Shown here one piece after another: positions 1 to 7,517 of a stretch of 28,727 bases of DNA. The position numbers and the translations under genes were made by a program. This DNA is from a virus. Taxonomy: Duplodnaviria > Caudoviricetes. The number at the start of each line of letters is the position of its first letter. The stretch's first letter is position 1. Under the pieces are notes generated by a model, which made no database searches, was not told the origin of the DNA, and saw only the letters and a program-made list of their open reading frames with translations. The stretch lies in IMG/VR virus record IMGVR_UViG_3300032227_000589, positions 1 through 28,727 of that record; one strand, written 5' to 3'.

Positions 1-243
1 AGCGGAACGGATTATCTGCGCTCATGCTCTGGTATTGCCATTCAAACGGGTATGGATGCCACTGGAACGGCGCTGTTTGGTAATGATGGGAATTATCGTT
101 ACGGCACAGCTAACCTTTTCCCGATTGCTTCCGGCTACTGGGGCGGCGGCTCGGGTGCGGGTGTGTTTCACCGCTTCTGGGACGTCACCCGGTCTAGCGG
201 CTTCTCCGGTGTTGGCTTTCGTGCCTCCGCCTATGGATCGTAA
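1..243 (+). CDS. DGR target protein, C-terminal part (5' truncated by window edge); probable CLec-fold receptor-binding/tail-fibre tip
   Basis: Frame +1 is open from base 1 to TAA 241-243 (SGTDYLRSCSG...SGYWGGGSGAGVF...GVGFRASAYGS). It contains the VR. The GxW...G...GFR ending is typical of CLec-type DGR targets. Confidence 0.88.
   Translation, partial: SGTDYLRSCSGIAIQTGMDATGTALFGNDGNYRYGTANLFPIASGYWGGGSGAGVFHRFWDVTRSSGFSGVGFRASAYGS
115..235 (+). repeat. DGR variable repeat (VR)
   Basis: 121-bp ungapped match to 691-811 with 25 mismatches, all opposite TR adenines (13 to G, 9 to T, 3 to C by manual alignment). Confidence 0.96.
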
Positions 244-250
244 CTTGGAG

Positions 251-268
251 GCGGGGCGGTAGCCCTGC
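251..268 (+). promoter_or_regulatory. DGR target-recognition hairpin downstream of VR
   Basis: GCGGGGC-GGTA-GCCCTGC: 7-bp GC-rich stem (one G.T pair) with a GRNA-type loop, starting 8 nt after the target stop codon. Confidence 0.75.
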
Positions 269-274
269 ATAAAT

Positions 275-673
275 ATGAAAGCAGATCCAGAAGCGGCAAT
301 TATGCACAAATGTAGGGAGCTAATACTTTTGTTAAATATACACCTTAATCATTTTCCAAAGCACGAAAAATACGGGCTGTGCCAAACAATCCGTAACTGT
401 GTTTATGGCGTGATGGGGTTGATTGTTGAGTGCCAGAAAAAATATCACAACAAAACAAGTCTAACAAAATTGGATGTCCAGCATGAGCAACTAAGGGCAT
501 TTGTTAATCTTGCGTTTGAGATGGGGTATTTTTCCTATCACGACAACAAGAGAGCCAGAAGCGAAGCTGAGACGCTTCGACGATATACAGCCGTGTCTGT
601 GCTTATCAATGATCTAGGCGCAATGATCGGCGGATGGGTTCGGAGCCTGCGGCTAACACCGCAGCCCGAATAG
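275..673 (+). CDS. avd: DGR accessory variability determinant (four-helix bundle, Avd family)
   Basis: 132 aa, basic; motifs FPKHEKYGLCQTIR and GAMIGGW; lies between VR and TR. Confidence 0.92.
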   Translation: MKADPEAAIMHKCRELILLLNIHLNHFPKHEKYGLCQTIRNCVYGVMGLIVECQKKYHNKTSLTKLDVQHEQLRAFVNLAFEMGYFSYHDNKRARSEAETLRRYTAVSVLINDLGAMIGGWVRSLRLTPQPE

Positions 674-690
674 GGCGGGCTATTAAGATG

Positions 691-811
691 CTTTTCCCGA
701 TTGCTTCCGGCAACTGGAACAACGACACGAAAGCGGGTGTGTTTCACCGCAACTGGAACAACAACCGGTCTAACGACAACAACAATGTTGGCTTTCGTGC
801 CTCCGACTATG
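691..811 (+). repeat. DGR template repeat (TR)
   Basis: A-rich copy of VR with 10 AAC and 1 AAT codons (32 adenines in total), located between avd and RT. Confidence 0.96.
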
Positions 812-926
812 CCGCTTGCCTGACATTCTGGTTAGGAAACACTGGCGACATAGGGGTAGTTCCGTCCTGCGATATGGCGAAATCGGCAAGGCGTAGTGTT
901 CTAGTATCTTCGGAGAACGTCCACTA
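812..926 (+). ncRNA. Structured DGR RNA spacer downstream of TR
   Basis: TAGTG(894-898)/CACTA(922-926) pairing encloses AGTA-tc-TTCG-ga-GAA. CTTGCC(815-820) can pair with GGCAAG(885-890). Confidence 0.55.
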
Positions 927-1900
927 TGCCTAAGCGCCACGGACAATTATTTGAAAAGATGTTTACGCAAGATGCGCTTTACAAAGCATATCTTTCTTCT
1001 AGAAAACGTAAGCGTAAAAAGTCCGCAGTGTATAAGTTTGAAAAGGATCTTGGCGCAAACCTATCAAGGTTGCACAAAGAATTACAGGAAGGGTCTTATA
1101 AGCCACGCCCGTATAAAACATTTTACGTGCATGACCCAAAGCCAAGACTTATATTTGCGCCGCATTTTAGAGATGTTGTTGTCCAACATGCGATGTATTC
1201 AATACTTTATCCAATTATGGATAGGACTTTTTGCTTTGAAAGTTTTGGGTGCAGGCTCGGCAAGGGGACACATAGAGCCGCAGATCGCGCTCAGGAGTAT
1301 TTGCGTAAGTCGCCAAAAGATAGCTACATATTACAATTTGATATTCGCAAATATTTTTACCGGATTGATAGAGGTATTTTACAGTCATTGTGGGAAAAAA
1401 AGATCAAAGATATTCGCGTCCTTGAGTTAGTAAAGATATTTGCTGAATATCCAGACAAAACTGGCATCCCAATTGGGAATTTACTAAGTCAACTTGGAGC
1501 GCTTATCTACCTTAATCCGCTGGATCATTATATTAAACGAGACTTAAAAGTAGAGCGTTATGTAAGATATGTTGACGATTTTATATTGTTTGGTCTGTCT
1601 TTAGATACGGCTAAACAATTCCGAGATACGATTGAATTATGGTTATCTGAAAATTTACACCTAGAGTTATCCAAATGGGTAATTCAGCCAGTAAAGCGCG
1701 GTGTTAATTTTGTTGGGTTCCGAACGTGGAGAACAACTAGGTTTGTCCGCAAAAGGTCAATGTTTAACTTTAATAAATCACTCAAAAATGGTAATCTTGC
1801 AAGCATCCAAAGCAGCCTTAGTCATGCTTTACATTCAGCAAGCTACCGCCACTTCATGCGAAAAATCGACGAGGCGTCATTATGTATATCGACACAGTAA
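926..1900 (+). CDS. DGR reverse transcriptase
   Basis: 324 aa; RT motifs APHFRDVVVQHA, GKGTH, FDIRKYF, GIPIGNLLSQ (DGR-type SQ), YVRYVDDF, GVNFVGF. Confidence 0.96.
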   Translation: MPKRHGQLFEKMFTQDALYKAYLSSRKRKRKKSAVYKFEKDLGANLSRLHKELQEGSYKPRPYKTFYVHDPKPRLIFAPHFRDVVVQHAMYSILYPIMDRTFCFESFGCRLGKGTHRAADRAQEYLRKSPKDSYILQFDIRKYFYRIDRGILQSLWEKKIKDIRVLELVKIFAEYPDKTGIPIGNLLSQLGALIYLNPLDHYIKRDLKVERYVRYVDDFILFGLSLDTAKQFRDTIELWLSENLHLELSKWVIQPVKRGVNFVGFRTWRTTRFVRKRSMFNFNKSLKNGNLASIQSSLSHALHSASYRHFMRKIDEASLCISTQ

Positions 1901-2415
1901 CAGGCGATTACCCGCTAACAGCAGATGACATAAAGTCTCGCCTACCTAACACATTATTCTCGCACCCATTTATTCCACCTGTAGGTTATGCGGAAGTTCT
2001 GCAAACACCAATGCCTGAATGGAAGCCAGCTATTGAGCATTGCGTTGAGGGAGCGCCTGAGTTTTCTCAAGGTGTATGGAAAAGAACTTGGATAATTGAA
2101 AAGCTATATTCCGACCCAAGCGCAGAAGCTACCGCATTGGCTGCTCATGAAGCCAAAGCCTTGCAAGCCTGGCGAGAACAGACAACATGCACACCATTCC
2201 AGGGCAAGGCAGCTTTATTTCAAGCGGGACTACTTGATGACATTGAGGCGCTAGTAGCTAATGCCGCTACAGATACGTTGACGAAACTAGCGTGGGCTAA
2301 CGCTGTTGAATGGAAGCGTAACTCACCAATGATTACGAGCCTATCCACGGCTCTAAATATGGCAGATACGCAAGTAGACGATCTATTTAAAGCTGCTTCT
2401 CAGATTGTCGCCTAA
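1882..2415 (+). CDS. Putative tail-fibre assembly/chaperone-like phage protein
   Basis: 177 aa; N-terminal YPLT...PNTLF...GYAEV...EGAPE...WKRTW pattern of the kind seen after tail-fibre genes; C-terminal QVDDLFKAA. Confidence 0.5.
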   Translation: MYIDTVTGDYPLTADDIKSRLPNTLFSHPFIPPVGYAEVLQTPMPEWKPAIEHCVEGAPEFSQGVWKRTWIIEKLYSDPSAEATALAAHEAKALQAWREQTTCTPFQGKAALFQAGLLDDIEALVANAATDTLTKLAWANAVEWKRNSPMITSLSTALNMADTQVDDLFKAASQIVA

Positions 2416-2431
2416 ATAGTCGGAGAGGCAC

Positions 2432-3424
2432 TTGACGACGCCATCCTTTCAGTCAAACGCCTATCAAGCTAGTGCGTTTCAGATATATGATCGCGTCGTA
2501 ACGCTTGCTGCTTCTGAGGCGGCAGACGTTTGCGCTATTTCCTCTAATGTTGATCTAGCGGCATTCCAATGGGGTGCTTTCCAACGGACTGCATTTCAAT
2601 CTCGGCAGAATATAGATAGCAGCCTATCGGCTACAGAGGCGTCTGATACTGCTAGTTTCGCTGCTAATCTAAATGACTTCCTAGCACTAGCTGCGACTGA
2701 TACCGCTGATACGGCCTCTGGCGTTGCAAGTATTGTCTCTACCCTTACGATAGCTGCGACTGAAGCTAGTGATATTGTCGCTGGTCTAATTGAGGCTAAT
2801 GCGGCACTTAGCTTAGCGGCTACGGAGGCGGCAGATACTGCAAGCCTAATAGCTGCGCGTGATGATAGCAGGCCGTTCCTAAACCTATATGGCCAGGAAG
2901 CGCCTGACGTATCAAATATCGTAGTTGCGGTTGATGCGTATGCTGCGTTTGCGGCAACTGAAGCGGCTGATATATCTAATATTGTTGCTAATGTTGTAGC
3001 GACATCTTCGCTTGCTGCTTCAGAAGCGGCAGACACATTCTCAGGTCAATCTCAAGTATCTTGGTGGTTTAATCTGGCTGCGACTGAAGCACCAGATGTT
3101 ACCGATTTCACATTTATCACACGCGCTTTGGCTGACCTTGCAGCAACTGAAGCGCCTGACGTTACGAACTTTAGCTTAGACGCTCGGCTTGACGCAGCAT
3201 TAGCTGTATCTGAACAAAGAGACGTAGCGGCATTCTCGGCTGAGATTAAGCTGATTGCACTGGCTGCTTCTGAAGCATCAGATACGGCTTATATCGTTAC
3301 TAGTATAATTTCCACAGCGGCACTAGTGGCGTCTGAGGCAAATGATAACGCAAGCGTTACCCTATATGGCAGATGGGGTGAGCTAATCACTCCTGCATCA
3401 ACTAACTGGCAACTGGTGGCTTAG
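2432..3424 (+). CDS. Ala-rich repeat virion protein
   Basis: TTG start after GGAGAGG; about 13 copies of a LAA(T/S)EA(A/S/P)D motif at roughly 21-aa spacing. Confidence 0.6.
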   Translation: MTTPSFQSNAYQASAFQIYDRVVTLAASEAADVCAISSNVDLAAFQWGAFQRTAFQSRQNIDSSLSATEASDTASFAANLNDFLALAATDTADTASGVASIVSTLTIAATEASDIVAGLIEANAALSLAATEAADTASLIAARDDSRPFLNLYGQEAPDVSNIVVAVDAYAAFAATEAADISNIVANVVATSSLAASEAADTFSGQSQVSWWFNLAATEAPDVTDFTFITRALADLAATEAPDVTNFSLDARLDAALAVSEQRDVAAFSAEIKLIALAASEASDTAYIVTSIISTAALVASEANDNASVTLYGRWGELITPASTNWQLVA

Positions 3425-3426
3425 CA

Positions 3427-4701
3427 ATGGCTAATACATTTACGGCAAATTATAATATGGTTAAGCCTGAGGTTGGTGCAGCTACCAACCAGTGGGGCGG
3501 CTTAATCAATTCAAATCTTGATACGATTGATACACAGATCAAGGCTAGAGAAACCGCAATAACTAATGTAACCACTACTGCTAACGCTGCACTTGCAAGG
3601 GCTGGCGGCACAATGACAGGGTTTATTACCCTTCACGCTAATCCAAGTAGCAACTATCATGCTGCAACTAAATTATACTGTGATAGCTCATTTATGCCAT
3701 TTAGTGGCGGCGCATTTACTGGCCTTGTAACCCTTCATGCACAGCCAACGGATGCGTCTGCTGATTTAGCTGTTTCTACTGTTAAATACGTTAAAGATAA
3801 GGTATCTGCTGCTGAAATAGCTGCTGGCGCTGGTATTCCATTAGCAGGCAACCCGACTGCTATGACGGGTTATTTGACGCTAATTAATTCTGCTCCAATA
3901 TCAAATTATCACGCTGCACCTAAAAACTATGTTGATAGTGGCGATAATGCCGCTACAGCGGTAGCTAATACAAAATTACCAAGAGACGGTAGCCAAGCTA
4001 TGACAGGGCCATTGTCTTTGGCTGGCAATCCATCTTCTGATTTGCACGCTGTCCCTAGACAATTTTTGACAGCTAATTATGTTCCAATTGCTGGAAATGT
4101 AACTATGAATGGCCCATTAATTTTATCGGGCGATCCAACAAACCCAAACGGTGCGGTAAATAGAAGTTATTTAGAAACAAACTATATTAATAAGTCATCT
4201 AACATCAATCTTGGCGTTGAATTATTTCTGAAGGGCAACGCATCATCTGCATTACAGGCTGTTCCTTATCAGCAATTAACAAATTATGTTCCAACTGCTG
4301 GCGGTGTTTCTGTAGGTAGTTTAACAGAAACTGGCAATATAACATTCACAAGCGGCACAGCAACATTAAGCGGAACAAGTCTAGCTATAAGCTGTTATTC
4401 TTTAACAGCTACTGGTGATGTTATTCTGCAATCATCCGATTATCGTATTAAAGAAGATATTCGCACCATAGAAAACGCTGTAGACATAACGAAACAGCTT
4501 CGTGGTGTTTCTTACGTCCGTAAGGATACCCGCAAGCTCGGTATTGGTGTTGTTGCTCAAGAAGTTGAGCAAGTATTGCCTCAGTTAGTAGCGACAGATG
4601 CTAATGGCATGAAGTCTGTAGCATATGCCAATATGGTAGGCATACTGATTGAAGCAGTTAAAGAATTATCAGCCCGCGTTGCAGAACTTGAGGCGCGCTA
4701 A
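3427..4701 (+). CDS. Tail fibre protein with C-terminal intramolecular chaperone (peptidase S74-like)
   Basis: Internal MTGxLTLxxxPxxxxHAAxKxYVD-type repeats; SDYRIKEDI cleavage motif; GVVAQEVEQVLPQLV; terminal coiled coil. Confidence 0.85.
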   Translation: MANTFTANYNMVKPEVGAATNQWGGLINSNLDTIDTQIKARETAITNVTTTANAALARAGGTMTGFITLHANPSSNYHAATKLYCDSSFMPFSGGAFTGLVTLHAQPTDASADLAVSTVKYVKDKVSAAEIAAGAGIPLAGNPTAMTGYLTLINSAPISNYHAAPKNYVDSGDNAATAVANTKLPRDGSQAMTGPLSLAGNPSSDLHAVPRQFLTANYVPIAGNVTMNGPLILSGDPTNPNGAVNRSYLETNYINKSSNINLGVELFLKGNASSALQAVPYQQLTNYVPTAGGVSVGSLTETGNITFTSGTATLSGTSLAISCYSLTATGDVILQSSDYRIKEDIRTIENAVDITKQLRGVSYVRKDTRKLGIGVVAQEVEQVLPQLVATDANGMKSVAYANMVGILIEAVKELSARVAELEAR

Positions 4702-5426
4702 TGTCATATCTACCCGATAGTGGTAATATATCATTAACAAGTATTAGAAGCATAATGAATGGCGGTAATTCTTTAAGCTCATATAGAAATGCTTATTTCT
4801 TTACAGCCGCCAATGCTTATGGGCGATTACCTTCTTCAACAATTAGGTTTTCTGATTTTCGCTCCAAAGGCAAGCAGGCCAATGTTGCTGCTGGACAATA
4901 TCTTTTATATGGAAATAGCAGCGCAACTATAGGCGTTGTGAATACTTTAGCTATTGACATTGCTGGTGCTGGTGGTGGTGGTGCAGGAGCAAATGGTAAC
5001 TACAGTGCTGGTGCTCCTGGCGGCAATGGTGGGGCTACTACATTTTCAACACCAATAGGAACATTGACAGGCCCAGGTGGCGGCGGTGCGCCTTCAGCTA
5101 ACGTGAACGGCACAGATGGCGCGAATAACCGAGACGGCTACCCGTTTGGTGGAACAAGCGGAAATGGCGTTAATCGTGGTGGTATTGGTGGCAGACACAC
5201 AGTTGCTGGCATTCAACTTAGCGCCGCTACTGACTTTGATGCAATAGCTGCTTGGTTTGGGAAAAATGTCACAGCAAATTGTGGCGTCGGTGGTGCCGGT
5301 GGCGCTGGTGGGGTTAATCAAATTCCAGTGTTTACTTTTGGAGGTCAACTAATTAGATACGACTACCCACAAGTCGCATCTGGGTCTGCTGGAACTGATG
5401 GCGTTGTCGCTATTTACTGGACGTAA
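4701..5426 (+). CDS. Glycine-rich tail/fibre-associated protein
   Basis: LPDSGNISL N-terminus, GAGGGGAG tracts, GTDGVVAIYW C-terminus; coupled to the upstream tail fibre gene. Confidence 0.65.
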   Translation: MSYLPDSGNISLTSIRSIMNGGNSLSSYRNAYFFTAANAYGRLPSSTIRFSDFRSKGKQANVAAGQYLLYGNSSATIGVVNTLAIDIAGAGGGGAGANGNYSAGAPGGNGGATTFSTPIGTLTGPGGGGAPSANVNGTDGANNRDGYPFGGTSGNGVNRGGIGGRHTVAGIQLSAATDFDAIAAWFGKNVTANCGVGGAGGAGGVNQIPVFTFGGQLIRYDYPQVASGSAGTDGVVAIYWT

Positions 5427-5432
5427 CAAATA

Positions 5433-6950
5433 ATGGCTTTTAAAACATTATTACTGCCGCCTGGTATTGAGCGGAATGCCACGCCATACGATACGTCTGG
5501 CCGCTGGTGGGACATGAACCTTGTCCGATGGCAGGCTGGAACCTTACGCCCATTAGGCGGCTGGCAACGTGCTACATCTACGCCATTGGATAGCACTGCG
5601 CGTGGCATTCATATGTATCGTGACAATAGTAACGTGCGTCACATACTTGTTGGCTCGGAAGCTAAATTATACATTGATACGGGAACTACATTTACTGATA
5701 TAACCCCGAATAATTTTGTCCCGCTAGACCAAATTGGAACGGCTGCTGGCTATGGCACGTTAGAGTATGGTTATTATACATACGGCGATGCAAGACCAGG
5801 GACGACGACGCTTTATTCATCATTGCCTTTCTGGTCATTCAGCAACTGGGGCGAAGATGTTATTTTAACGGCCAATTCTGACGGCCATTTATATTATTAT
5901 GTGACGACTACAACCACAACAAAGCCAGTAAAGATAACAACGGGGCCGTCTGGTGTATCTTGCGTTGTTGTAACTGATGAGCGTCACTGTATGGCTATTG
6001 GCGCATCTTTAACGGGTGTTGCTGGCGCAGCGCAAAGACGTGTGGCTTGGTCGTCAAGGGAAGACTACACAGATTGGGATGTTGCGGACACAACGAATAC
6101 CGCAGGCTATCTTGATTTAGATGCTCGGACGCCGCTTACTAAAGCCGTTAAGGTTCGTGAGGGTGTTTTAATTCTATCGCTATCTGAGGCATATTTAGCC
6201 CGCTATGTTGGCTTGCCTTATGTATATGGCATTGAGCGTATAGCTGATACGACTATCCTTTCACCGGCTGCCTTTGCTGAGTTTAGCGGGAAGGCTATGT
6301 GGATGGGGCGTAATGGCTTCTGGTTTTATGAGGGTGGCTTTATCAAGCCAATCGAATGCCCGATAGCTAATGATATTTTCGCCAACATAGACCCAATATA
6401 TGGCTCACGGCGTTCTCACGCTATTCATAATGGTTCATTCCCAGAAGTATGGTTTTTCTATCCAACTGTCGGAAACAGTGAGACGAATAGATACGCTATT
6501 TATAACTACGCAGAAGGTTGGTGGTCTTGGGGCGAGTTATCAAGAACCGCTGGCGTATCAGGTGAAACGTATCCTCACCCATTTATGGCAGGCACTGACG
6601 GCCATTTATATGAGCATGAATTTGGCTGGACGGATGCCGGTAATCCTAGAACAAATATCTTTGCCGAGACGGGGATGCTTCCGATAACTGATGGAAGTAG
6701 GGGCATAACGATTAATCAAGTCTTGCCTAATAATGGCGATGGCTATGATAGTTTGAAGATTAAGTTTTATTCCCGTCAGACGCCGGAAGGCACTGAGAAG
6801 GTCTGGCCGAGTTATACGCCAAGATCCAACGGATATACCGACTGCCGCGTAAGTGGGCGAGACATACGCATACGAATTGAGGCAACTAAGGACATTGATT
6901 GGAGTATCGGATCAATGCGCTTTAATGTTGAGCAGGGAACCGGCAGATGA
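5433..6950 (+). CDS. Tail hub/DNA stabilization protein (P22 gp10-like)
   Basis: 505 aa, beta-rich with many W/Y; VAWSSRED and EVWFFYP motifs; positioned before the ejection genes. Confidence 0.65.
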   Translation: MAFKTLLLPPGIERNATPYDTSGRWWDMNLVRWQAGTLRPLGGWQRATSTPLDSTARGIHMYRDNSNVRHILVGSEAKLYIDTGTTFTDITPNNFVPLDQIGTAAGYGTLEYGYYTYGDARPGTTTLYSSLPFWSFSNWGEDVILTANSDGHLYYYVTTTTTTKPVKITTGPSGVSCVVVTDERHCMAIGASLTGVAGAAQRRVAWSSREDYTDWDVADTTNTAGYLDLDARTPLTKAVKVREGVLILSLSEAYLARYVGLPYVYGIERIADTTILSPAAFAEFSGKAMWMGRNGFWFYEGGFIKPIECPIANDIFANIDPIYGSRRSHAIHNGSFPEVWFFYPTVGNSETNRYAIYNYAEGWWSWGELSRTAGVSGETYPHPFMAGTDGHLYEHEFGWTDAGNPRTNIFAETGMLPITDGSRGITINQVLPNNGDGYDSLKIKFYSRQTPEGTEKVWPSYTPRSNGYTDCRVSGRDIRIRIEATKDIDWSIGSMRFNVEQGTGR

Positions 6951-7165
6951 ATATTAATCTACCGCCACCGCCGCTTAGCTATAATCCAGGCAGCTTTGCG
7001 CAAATCCTTGATGCGTTGAAAAGATCATTTCTATCTACGGTAAGCAAAGACGAAGCTGCGCCAAGGATATTACTACAATCACCAAACGGCTCAGTCTATC
7101 AAGTGACTGTATCTAATGCTGGCGTATTAACTGTTGCGTTGAATGACGGCAAAGATAGGATCTGA
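6947..7165 (+). CDS. Small virion protein
   Basis: 72 aa, ATGA-coupled; LLQSPNGSVYQVTVSNAGVL motif. Confidence 0.55.
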   Translation: MNINLPPPPLSYNPGSFAQILDALKRSFLSTVSKDEAAPRILLQSPNGSVYQVTVSNAGVLTVALNDGKDRI

Positions 7166-7517
7166 GGTATTACAAAGGCGCTTAGCTAAAGCGCTTAAAC
7201 TAGCTGGCAACACACACACGATAGAAGATATTCAGCATGCCGTTGCGCGTGGTGAGATGCAGTGTTTTGTGCATGAGAATAGCTTCGTCCTAACAGAAAT
7301 AGCAACGACGCCGAGGGCTAAATACTTAAACGTATTTCTAGCTGTCGGTGATTTATCTCTTATGGCTCTGCAAAAAGACTTGAATGAGTTTGCTCACAAA
7401 AGCGGATGCTCTTGGATGCAAACGCTTGGGCGGCATGGGTGGAAGACAGTTCTACCCAAATATGGCTGGAAGCCTACTCACACATTATTCATAAACGAGG
7501 TAGGAAAAAATGGGTAA
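7143..7517 (+). CDS. GNAT-fold-like virion assembly protein
   Basis: 124 aa; FAHKSGC...GRHGW...GW pattern; located between tail hub and ejection genes. Confidence 0.5.
   Translation: MTAKIGSEVLQRRLAKALKLAGNTHTIEDIQHAVARGEMQCFVHENSFVLTEIATTPRAKYLNVFLAVGDLSLMALQKDLNEFAHKSGCSWMQTLGRHGWKTVLPKYGWKPTHTLFINEVGKNG

Noticed and set aside
22-309. Alternative-frame ORFs 22-309(-), 35-262(+), and ATG 52 as the target start
   Set aside because: Shadows of the target gene. Frame +1 is open from base 1, so the true start lies upstream of the window.
691-811. AAC-rich repeats as a CRISPR array or microsatellite
   Set aside because: No repeat-spacer periodicity; fully explained as a DGR template repeat.
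634-933. 99-aa Asn-rich ORF
   Set aside because: It is the TR read in the VR frame. TRs are open because they mirror the coding VR, and they function as RNA.
926-1900. RT as a group II intron, retron or Abi RT
   Set aside because: Short, with no maturase or endonuclease domain; has the LLSQ motif and adjacent avd/TR/VR.
2596-3036. 146-aa antisense ORF and similar antisense or shifted ORFs within long genes
   Set aside because: By-products of Ala-rich or biased codon usage on the coding strand; no RBS or motifs.
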